Both the position numbers and the translations under genes were made by a program. Below are positions 1-6,337 of a stretch of 52,599 bases of DNA, one piece after another; positions within the stretch are counted from its first letter, which is position 1; each line of letters opens with the position of its first letter. The stretch lies in the IMG/VR virus record IMGVR_UViG_3300045988_037879, positions 1-52,599 of that record. The stretch is one strand, 5' to 3'. Source of the DNA: a virus. The notes beneath the pieces were generated by a model. That model had not been told where the DNA came from, made no database searches, and saw only the letters and a program-made list of their open reading frames with translations.

Positions 1-99
1 TATCCGATGTCACATTTTAGTATAAATATAAATAAATAAGCGAGTTGGAATTTAACGACATTGCAGAGTTTCAGGCGTTAGGCTCTCGTTCTCTCCGCA
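1..99. repeat. Left copy of exact 99-bp terminal direct repeat (circularisation overlap)
   Basis: Bases 1-99 (TATCCGATGTCACATTTTAG...CTCTCCGCA) read identical to 52501-52599. Confidence 0.95.
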
Positions 100-132
100 A
101 TTTCGCTTGATTTTCAAGCAATTACGAAAAAC

Positions 133-152
133 GTACACGAAACAGTACACGA
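133..152 (+). promoter_or_regulatory. Two direct GTACACGA repeats, candidate integrase arm-type sites (attP P' arm)
   Basis: GTACACGA at 133-140 and 145-152 (12-bp period). They have the same orientation as three copies at 52449-52481, just past int across the circular junction. Confidence 0.45.
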
Positions 153-155
153 AAA

Positions 156-189
156 GACCCCGAAAGTCACATCTCCGGGGTCTTTTTTT
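156..189 (+). terminator. Rho-independent terminator candidate downstream of the int operon (across the junction)
   Basis: Stem GACCCCG (156-162) pairs with CGGGGTC (176-182). The loop is 13 nt and is followed by a T7 run at 183-189. Confidence 0.55.
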
Positions 190-210
190 GCGTGTGAGTA
201 AGCACTCACA

Positions 211-243
211 TAAAAAGAAAATCGCCCGACAAGCTGCCGGGCG
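211..243 (-). terminator. Rho-independent terminator candidate ending the minus-strand late/lysis operon
   Basis: Stem CGCCCG (223-228) pairs with CGGGCG (238-243), with a 9-nt loop. On the minus strand it is followed by ATTTTCTTTTTA (222-211). It lies 64 nt past the stop of the last late gene (307). Confidence 0.55.
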
Positions 244-306
244 AATTATCATTGTTCCCCTTTCGGGGCTTTCGCAACAATGATGTTGCAAAGTTACGAA
301 TTTTTT

Positions 307-924
307 TCAAAAGATGCGGCGCAACCCTGATAAAATTCGTTTTATCCAATTTATAATCGGAACACGTTTCAGGTAAAGAAGCACCACAACGCCGACGGCG
401 GCAAGATAGAAGTAATATCGCCACCGCTTGGGGTCGGGCGCGGGTTGTTCGACACGTTGGTTGTTTTCTTCGGCGACCGATACATTTGCATTGCATTTGG
501 ATTCCTCTTGCTTTTCGGATTCCTTGCTTTCGCCTTTGGTTTCATTGTCGGATTCAAAAACGGTTTGCCGAATAGACTTGATGTTGCCGGACACCTGACC
601 GAAGCCGGGAATGTTAACGGTTGCGGCGGGTGTTTGTGTCGTGGCGGGCTTATCCGATGCCGACGTGTCGGGCGATGCCCTTGCGTCCGGCTTGTCAGTC
701 GCCGGGCTTGGGGCGGGCGCGGTGTCAAAGATGATTTCCGTTATCACGACTTTGCCGTGTTCCGTCCGGGTCGTGTCAACGACCTTTTCTGATTCATGCC
801 TTGCCGTTTCCTTGACGCTTATTGAATCGACCAAAACGGATGCGGTCGTTTCCTGAATCTTGCGGGTCGATGCGCACGACGCAAGCATCAGGGCAACGAC
901 AATGAAGAAGAACACACGTTTCAT
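307..924 (-). CDS. Spanin-like lipoprotein with C-terminal TM anchor (unimolecular-spanin topology)
   Basis: Signal plus lipobox [17 protein letters not shown], a low-complexity P/T/A/S/D/E middle, and a C-terminal [20 protein letters not shown]. The start overlaps the endolysin stop (ATGA at 921-924). It is the last gene of the lysis cassette. Confidence 0.55.
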   Translation of the reverse strand: MKRVFFFIVVALMLASCASTRKIQETTASVLVDSISVKETARHESEKVVDTTRTEHGKVVITEIIFDTAPAPSPATDKPDARASPDTSASDKPATTQTPAATVNIPGFGQVSGNIKSIRQTVFESDNETKGESKESEKQEESKCNANVSVAEENNQRVEQPAPDPKRWRYYFYLAAVGVVVLLYLKRVPIINWIKRILSGLRRIF

Positions 925-1505
925 GGGCGGAATTGTTTAATCGCTTCAAGGCGGTTCAACCATCCCTTGATGAAGCGTTTGTTGGTGTGCTTCTTCAATT
1001 CGGCTTCCGTCGCCTTTCGACCGATTTTGCGTTCATACCTTGCGATGGATTGGTTGGTGATGTCGTGCAAGAACTTCTTGCGGGCTTCAAAGATAGCGTC
1101 GAAAAGCTGCCGGGGGTCGGCGGCATTGACGGCGGCAAGGGTCTTTTCGCCCACGATGCCATCCGGCACGACACCCAAAAGGCGTTGCGGAATGACAATG
1201 CCGTGCTTGCCTGACCCCCACACCCAATCGACAAGGATGTTTGCGACACCTTGCGACTTGATGCGGTCGCCTTTCCACCTATCCCAATAATGCGGTTTTA
1301 ACACGCGATTGCGCACGTCGGCATCGGTCAGTAACTTCAAATCGTCAACGTCAATGTCGCCGTCGCCGTCTTTGTCATAACCGACTTGTCGCCATGTTGC
1401 GATTGTCACGCCTTTATTTGTCGCGCCCCCGGCATCGGCGGGGTCGTTGACAAAACCACCCTCAAATTTGAGGATGTAAGGCAATAAGGAATCAACATTT
1501 GCCAT
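921..1505 (-). CDS. Endolysin, GH108-type lysozyme with C-terminal peptidoglycan-binding region
   Basis: N-terminal [27 protein letters not shown] is the GH108 signature. The gene is adjacent to the holin. Confidence 0.85.
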   Translation of the reverse strand: MANVDSLLPYILKFEGGFVNDPADAGGATNKGVTIATWRQVGYDKDGDGDIDVDDLKLLTDADVRNRVLKPHYWDRWKGDRIKSQGVANILVDWVWGSGKHGIVIPQRLLGVVPDGIVGEKTLAAVNAADPRQLFDAIFEARKKFLHDITNQSIARYERKIGRKATEAELKKHTNKRFIKGWLNRLEAIKQFRP

Positions 1506-1523
1506 GTGGTTAAATGATTGGGG

Positions 1524-2042
1524 TTAATTACTTGACACCGGGCGGGTGTCGTTTTCTTTGTTTCTTTCGGGGTGCTTCAATTCGTGCAAGTCGATGTCAA
1601 AATGCCTTTCGGTCTTGTCAACCATGATTCGTTGTGCGACTTCCGCCCAACGCGCATCGTTGCAAGATGATTCGTTTTCAAGCATTGACCATATTTGCCA
1701 AAAACACACCGTTCCGGCAACGATGTTGGGCAACATCATCGCTATTTCGGGGAAAATGATTGTGTCAATCATAAAAGCAAGCACGGTCACGGCATAGACT
1801 TTCACAAGGGTAACAAATACCCGTCCGGCATAATGGCTTTTGAACTTGCCATCGTTAGCACCGGGAAACTTCTTCTTGACGCGGCGCGACAATGCCCATG
1901 CCGTGTAACAATCAAGCAACACGGCGATGGTGCAAACGATGATGAACGGGAAAGTCGGGCGCAAGAATCCAATCAACGCGCCGATTGCTCCCATCAGGTA
2001 TTTGCCGACCGCTGAAAAAATCGGATGGAGTTCGTTTGTCAT
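1524..2042 (-). CDS. Holin (multi-TM phage holin family)
   Basis: Start taken at MTNELHPIF (ATG at 2042), 3 nt after the upstream stop. It has three or four hydrophobic helices and a WSMLENESS motif, and lies immediately upstream of the endolysin. Confidence 0.75.
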   Translation of the reverse strand: MTNELHPIFSAVGKYLMGAIGALIGFLRPTFPFIIVCTIAVLLDCYTAWALSRRVKKKFPGANDGKFKSHYAGRVFVTLVKVYAVTVLAFMIDTIIFPEIAMMLPNIVAGTVCFWQIWSMLENESSCNDARWAEVAQRIMVDKTERHFDIDLHELKHPERNKENDTRPVSSN

Positions 2043-2044
2043 GT

Positions 2045-2458
2045 TTAGGTGAAGTTGAAACACTTGCCGACCTTGACAATGGTTGTGTCTATCGGATAAA
2101 GTTCAATGGGCGGTTCATTCACGGCGCGTTTGCCGTTCATTTCCTGAACCTTTGCTTCTGCATCTTGGATTCCTTGAATAAGTATGTCCGACCCGGTGAA
2201 GCAACATCGCCTTTCGCCGTCGGGTGTGCCGTCAGGCTTCTTCACAAAGAAGTCGCCGTTTGCGTCGGCACAATCGTTGAACGTCGCAAGAACGACTTGC
2301 ATTTGCAGTCGCATTCCCGAATTGTTCTTGCCCGTGAACTTTGACTTTGAAATCTTTGTTTTCTCAATCAAGATGCGCTTGCCGAACAATTCTTCAATCT
2401 CGATTCCTTTTCCGATGATTGCCCCGGATTCAATTCCGAGGTCGCCAAACCTTGCCAT
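2045..2458 (-). CDS. Hypothetical protein (137 aa) between the DGR and the holin
   Basis: Long ORF tightly packed in the operon. I recognise no motif in it. Confidence 0.5.
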   Translation of the reverse strand: MARFGDLGIESGAIIGKGIEIEELFGKRILIEKTKISKSKFTGKNNSGMRLQMQVVLATFNDCADANGDFFVKKPDGTPDGERRCCFTGSDILIQGIQDAEAKVQEMNGKRAVNEPPIELYPIDTTIVKVGKCFNFT

Positions 2459-2481
2459 TGTTAGTAAGTGTTAGTTAGAAG

Positions 2482-2889
2482 TTAGTTGTTCAGGACTTCG
2501 ACCAATGCCGCGTCGATTTCTTCGGTCAGGGTTAAGAAGTCCTTATATTTCTGCACGGCGGTTTCATCGACCTTGATTCCCAACGTGTGCTTGTTGTAGG
2601 AGTTTACAAGGTCAAATTCGGCGGTTTCGTCCACGATGGAACGGATGATTGCCTTTTTCAAGTTCGCTTTGGTCGGGGCTGCAAATGTCCTGACTTCATA
2701 GCAAGACCACCCGGTTTGCACTTCCTCCGCGTCGGCGGACTGATTGGCGATGTCACCGCCGGGAATGCCCATTTCGGGCGCGACGTTAAGACGCACGATG
2801 CAAGAACCGTCGTTGTCCTTTTCAAGCATCTTCGGTTTTCCGTGCGTCATGTCGTAATGCGCATTTGGCGCGATTGAAACTAATTTCAT
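2482..2889 (-). CDS. Hypothetical acidic protein (115-135 aa) immediately downstream of the DGR RT
   Basis: The ORF overlaps the RT 3' end by 68 nt if it starts at 2889. Alternative ATGs lie at 2850 and 2829. It is not an obvious four-helix Avd. Confidence 0.5.
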   Translation of the reverse strand: MKLVSIAPNAHYDMTHGKPKMLEKDNDGSCIVRLNVAPEMGIPGGDIANQSADAEEVQTGWSCYEVRTFAAPTKANLKKAIIRSIVDETAEFDLVNSYNKHTLGIKVDETAVQKYKDFLTLTEEIDAALVEVLNN

Positions 2890-3982
2890 ACGGCATTGAT
2901 GTTTTTAGTTTGTTAAAAAGATTTCGTGAATTGCAGTATTTACACCAGCCCCACCAACTGCAAATTTGTTGGCGATACGCTTCTTTGGGCAAAGGCTTCT
3001 TCCGTTTGTTAAGACGTGCCACCCGGCGGCACAACCTTTGCTTGATTGACTTGCGCAATCGCGTGTGGGTGTGATAAAAGACATAACCCAAGAAGTCAAT
3101 TCCCCGCGCATCGACGGGGAACACCTGATAATTCCTTTTGACCGTCAGTTTCAACCCGGCAAGATAAGCCCGGATTTCGTGCAATAGTTCGTGCAAGGAA
3201 TCCTTGTCACCCGCAAGAATGACAATATCATCGGCATATCGGAAATAATATTTCACACGCTTTTTCTCTTTCAACCAATGGTCGAAGTAAGCCAACATCA
3301 GGTTTGCGAAATATTGCGAAAGGTAATTGCCAATCGGCACACCGTTTCCATCAATCGCAACAACCTTTCCGTTGACCTGAACGAAATTGCGGATGCTCAA
3401 ACCGGGATTGTCGGTTGAATCAATGATTTCATCAAGAAGTGCAAGCAATCGTGCGTCCTTGATTTTGCGACGCACTATGCCTTTCAACACTTCATGGTTA
3501 ATTGACGGATAGAACTTGCGGATGTCTATTTTCAGGCAATACCGTGTGCCGTCCTTATCCTCTTTCAATGCCCGGCGCACGTTCTTTGCGCAAGCATGAA
3601 TCCCGCGATTCTTGATGCAAGAATAAGTGTCCTTTGTGAACACCGACACCCAAATGGGTTCAAGCACGTTCATAATCGCATGGTGCAAGATTCGGTCGGG
3701 GAAATACGGCAAGCGGTATATTAGACGCTCTTTGGGTTCATATATAGTGAAAACATGATAAGGGGATGTCTTGAAAGTTCCGTTCTTTAATTGCTCGTGC
3801 AACGCAAGGATGTTCGCTTCACGGTTTTTGTCGTGCATCTGAACACCATAAGTCCGCGACTTTCCGCGCCTTGCCTTTTCATCGGCAAGACGTAAATTGT
3901 CAAGGCTTATGACCTTTTCAAAAAGATTGTTCAAACGCTTCATCCTTGCTTGAATAATTGGCTTCTTCGGTTTCCCTACCAA
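2822..3982 (-). CDS. DGR-type reverse transcriptase
   Basis: RT motifs include PIGNYLSQYFANL (the DGR-specific motif-4 signature, I/LGxxxSQ) and the catalytic box RYADDIVIL. The gene lies directly downstream of a template repeat. An alternative start is M14 (3943). Confidence 0.9.
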   Translation of the reverse strand: MVGKPKKPIIQARMKRLNNLFEKVISLDNLRLADEKARRGKSRTYGVQMHDKNREANILALHEQLKNGTFKTSPYHVFTIYEPKERLIYRLPYFPDRILHHAIMNVLEPIWVSVFTKDTYSCIKNRGIHACAKNVRRALKEDKDGTRYCLKIDIRKFYPSINHEVLKGIVRRKIKDARLLALLDEIIDSTDNPGLSIRNFVQVNGKVVAIDGNGVPIGNYLSQYFANLMLAYFDHWLKEKKRVKYYFRYADDIVILAGDKDSLHELLHEIRAYLAGLKLTVKRNYQVFPVDARGIDFLGYVFYHTHTRLRKSIKQRLCRRVARLNKRKKPLPKEAYRQQICSWWGWCKYCNSRNLFNKLKTSMPYEISFNRAKCALRHDARKTEDA

Positions 3983-4085
3983 AGCCGTTCAACGTGGTTT
4001 ATTTTTTGCCGTGGGTCGCCCCACTCATACACCCCCGGAACGGGATGTTTTTGTGGCAAGGTTTCAGGTGATGCAATATTTTTAC
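3983..4085 (-). other. TR-RT spacer, expected to be part of the DGR template RNA (Sp-like region)
   Basis: 103-nt non-coding gap between the TR 3' end and the RT start. Its role is inferred by analogy with the BPP-1 DGR RNA. Confidence 0.35.
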
Positions 4086-4201
4086 AAGCATTGCTGAGAA
4101 CCGATATTCGCATTCGTATTCGACGGCGCATTATTCGTATTCGCATACACGAAGCCTGCATTCGCACCATTATTCGCATTACCGCTGAACAAAACGCCGC
4201 G
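4086..4201 (-). repeat. DGR template repeat (TR), including the IMH*-like 3' end at 4086-4102
   Basis: 116 nt, non-coding. It is homologous to 4294-4409 and 43601-43677 and retains A (T on the + strand) at every mismatched position. In the target frame it carries 10 AAT codons. Confidence 0.92.
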
Positions 4202-4268
4202 ACACCTGACAACCCATTTTCTTTCATTTCAAGATTCCGTTAAAATGCTTTCGGGTAACGATTTCCGC

Positions 4269-5582
4269 TTACGCGGCGGTGTCGATTGGGTAAAAGCAAA
4301 GCCGAGAACCGAAATACGCACTCGCATACGACGGCGCATCATTCGTATACGCATACACGAAGCCCGCAAACGCACCATTACCCGCAGCACCGCCGAACAA
4401 AACGCCGCGTGTGGCTGAACCACTTGCCGGAATGTTCGTATAAAAGTAGTCGCAAAAATACGACGTTGTGCCACCACCGACCGCAAGGGGCATGATTTCG
4501 CCGTGTTCGCCGAGAATCAGGGCTTTAACATACCCCTCTTTACGGGGCAAGTTGCCGCGTAACTGATAGCCCGACCCGATGGTGCTTGCAAATTCGGCGG
4601 GATTGTCGCACACGAAAAATTCCGATAATCCCCCGGCGGCATCGGACTGAATGTTGCAAAGGCAACCATCCGTCCATTTCCATATATGACCGAAAGGATT
4701 TGTCACGCCGCGATAAGACGGAACGGCGACGGTCAGGGTTGCGCCGTACCCGGCGGGCAACGCATAATCGACAACCCCGGTGTGATTGCCCAACGAAAGG
4801 GTGTGACCGCAAGGGATGAACGGATTATAACCGCACCATGTGTTCCACTTGCCGCCGTCAAGGGTCGTGACACCCGCGCCAAGTCCGCCTTGACGGAATC
4901 CGTCGGCGGTCAATGCGGCGTTGTAAGCTGCTTGCGAATTGAAATTGCAATATTCAATCGCAAAGAACCACCACAACTTGCGGTGTGTCTGATATAGGTT
5001 GCAGTTCCACGACACCGACCCACGGGCGCGGGCGTATGCGCGGAAATTGGTCAGGCTGATAGACGTTGCCGGGCGACCTAACAAAGTGTGGTCGGTCGAA
5101 TCATACGACGCATTGTTGTTGCCGCCGCGATAGTCTGCATCGGTGTTGACCACCGCGCAAAGTTTGTTTGTTGACCGCTGAACACACGCTTCATCGGCGG
5201 AAACATAGTCTTTGCGCCATTTGATGAAACCCGGCAACGGTCGGTCGGACATCAGGGCGCGGCACTTGTTGCCGTCCATTTCAAAGCGCATATATGCGTC
5301 GGGCAACTCGACCATGAATTGACCGTCCGCCCCGGTCAGGTTTGCCGCCGCCCCGTTGTCGCGTTTTGAAGAATCGTTTGCGTGTAAGTAGTAATTGACC
5401 GTTCCATTGTCGCGTAAAACGCAACGGCGCATAAGTGACTGAACGGGCAAGGACTGATGAAGTTCGTTCTTGCCGATACGGGTTGGAATGGGATTTGAAA
5501 CGGTCTTATCCCATTCGATGCCGTAATAATAGTCATAAGCGAATGCGGGCTTTGTGTTGCCCGTGCCGATTAAAAGACCCAT
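4269..5582 (-). CDS. DGR target protein 1: tail-module receptor-binding protein with C-terminal variable region
   Basis: 437-aa ORF at the distal end of the tail genes. Its C-terminus ...GGAAGNGAFAGFVYAYTNDAPSYASAYFGSRLCF is encoded by VR1. A CLec/FGE-like fold is inferred. Confidence 0.85.
   Translation of the reverse strand: MGLLIGTGNTKPAFAYDYYYGIEWDKTVSNPIPTRIGKNELHQSLPVQSLMRRCVLRDNGTVNYYLHANDSSKRDNGAAANLTGADGQFMVELPDAYMRFEMDGNKCRALMSDRPLPGFIKWRKDYVSADEACVQRSTNKLCAVVNTDADYRGGNNNASYDSTDHTLLGRPATSISLTNFRAYARARGSVSWNCNLYQTHRKLWWFFAIEYCNFNSQAAYNAALTADGFRQGGLGAGVTTLDGGKWNTWCGYNPFIPCGHTLSLGNHTGVVDYALPAGYGATLTVAVPSYRGVTNPFGHIWKWTDGCLCNIQSDAAGGLSEFFVCDNPAEFASTIGSGYQLRGNLPRKEGYVKALILGEHGEIMPLAVGGGTTSYFCDYFYTNIPASGSATRGVLFGGAAGNGAFAGFVYAYTNDAPSYASAYFGSRLCFYPIDTAA
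4294..4409 (-). repeat. DGR variable repeat 1 (VR1), with IMH-like end at 4294-4310
   Basis: Gap-free alignment to the TR (offset 208). There are 15 mismatches over the 106-nt core, all at TR adenines. Confidence 0.92.
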
Positions 5583-5583
5583 A

Positions 5584-5856
5584 TTAGAAGCCCCATTTTA
5601 AGTTAGTATTCGCCAACGACGTTGGCATTATCTTTTTCACGATTTCGGGATTCCACCCGCAATCAAATTGCGTTGTGACGGAATCGCCGTCAGGCATCCC
5701 GGCAAGCTGCACCGATAGAGTGACCGGGGCGTTGCCGTCGTTCTTGATGTTGAAGCACTGACCGTCCGGCAAGGAAAAGCCGGAATCCGTCAGGGCAACA
5801 ACACCCATTTTGCCGATTTGGGCGGAAACTTGTTCGCCCGACCTTGTTGTGTCCAT
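5584..5856 (-). CDS. Hypothetical tail-module protein (90 aa)
   Basis: The ORF abuts DGR target 1 (stop at 5584, next start at 5582). Confidence 0.5.
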   Translation of the reverse strand: MDTTRSGEQVSAQIGKMGVVALTDSGFSLPDGQCFNIKNDGNAPVTLSVQLAGMPDGDSVTTQFDCGWNPEIVKKIMPTSLANTNLKWGF

Positions 5857-5895
5857 GTCGTAATTCGATTTGATGTTTGCAAAATTACTTCAATA

Positions 5896-5913
5896 TGTCT
5901 TACTATAAAACAC
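5896..5913. promoter_or_regulatory. Dispersed intergenic palindrome, copy 1
   Basis: TGTCTTACTATAAAACAC, lying between two minus-strand genes. Confidence 0.5.
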
Positions 5914-5936
5914 GGTTGAATAAATAAAGCATAACT

Positions 5937-6332
5937 TCACGCGATAAGGGCTTCAAGGCGGTTGATTTCATCGCGGATTGATTGCCTTTCCCGGTGCAAT
6001 TCCGCGATGTCATAAGGCAATGAATCACCGACCAAAGATGCTTCATAACACTTTGTTACCTTGTAGTCCGAATCTGCAAGTCCGGCTTTTAGTTCGTCGA
6101 TGCGGGCTTGTGTCGCCACGGGGTCAACCTTGATTTCCCACGACTGCACGACACATCCATCAACGACGGCGAATGAATCAACCGCGACAAACCCGGTTTC
6201 CGTTTGCGGTTGTTCGGTCGGCACAAAATTGAGAAACCCGGCATCCCGAAGTTGTGCCATTCTTTCGCCAAGCGACGGCGGACAAAAGCGAATGTCCGCC
6301 GTGCCATCAGGCAATATTTTTGCTAATTCCAT
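5937..6332 (-). CDS. Hypothetical tail-module protein (131 aa)
   Basis: ORF directly downstream of the large tail protein. Confidence 0.5.
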   Translation of the reverse strand: MELAKILPDGTADIRFCPPSLGERMAQLRDAGFLNFVPTEQPQTETGFVAVDSFAVVDGCVVQSWEIKVDPVATQARIDELKAGLADSDYKVTKCYEASLVGDSLPYDIAELHRERQSIRDEINRLEALIA

Positions 6333-6337
6333 GATTG

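Noticed and set aside
1-99. The 99-bp end repeat as a biological direct terminal repeat or as attL/attR of an excised prophage
   Set aside because: No host-like flanking sequence is present, and the repeat lies inside the putative attP region rather than bounding it. The exact 99-bp length suits an assembly overlap. This cannot be fully excluded without reads.
280-330. 16-codon mini-ORF ([16 protein letters not shown]) preceded by the conserved CTTTCGCAACA leader
   Set aside because: It is too short and overlaps the 3' end of the spanin-like gene on the opposite strand. Only the leader copy is noted (see the leader finding); it is not annotated as a gene.
2822-3982. The RT as a retron, group II intron, Abi/UG defence RT or CRISPR-associated RT
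   Set aside because: An adjacent TR with two adenine-specific VRs, the I/LGxxxSQ motif, and the absence of an msr/msd-like structure, an intron maturase/endonuclease domain or cas genes all point to a DGR.
4265-4276. Hairpin CCGC-TTAC-GCGG (GTAA loop in coding sense) about 18 nt past the VR1 IMH, as the DGR target-recognition cruciform
   Set aside because: The stem is only 4 bp. I could not find an equivalent structure downstream of VR2 (only 3-bp stems), so it is too weak to claim.
3950-4495. Arg-rich ORFs through the TR and VR1 (3976-4227, 4229-4486, 3950-4243, 4286-4495), and their twins at VR2 (43506-43748, 43429-43728), sharing peptides such as MRIRIMRRRIR
   Set aside because: They exist only because the same repeat is read in alternative frames or strands three times. 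They overlap the real target ORFs and the non-coding TR, so they are artefacts of the TR/VR homology and not a gene family.
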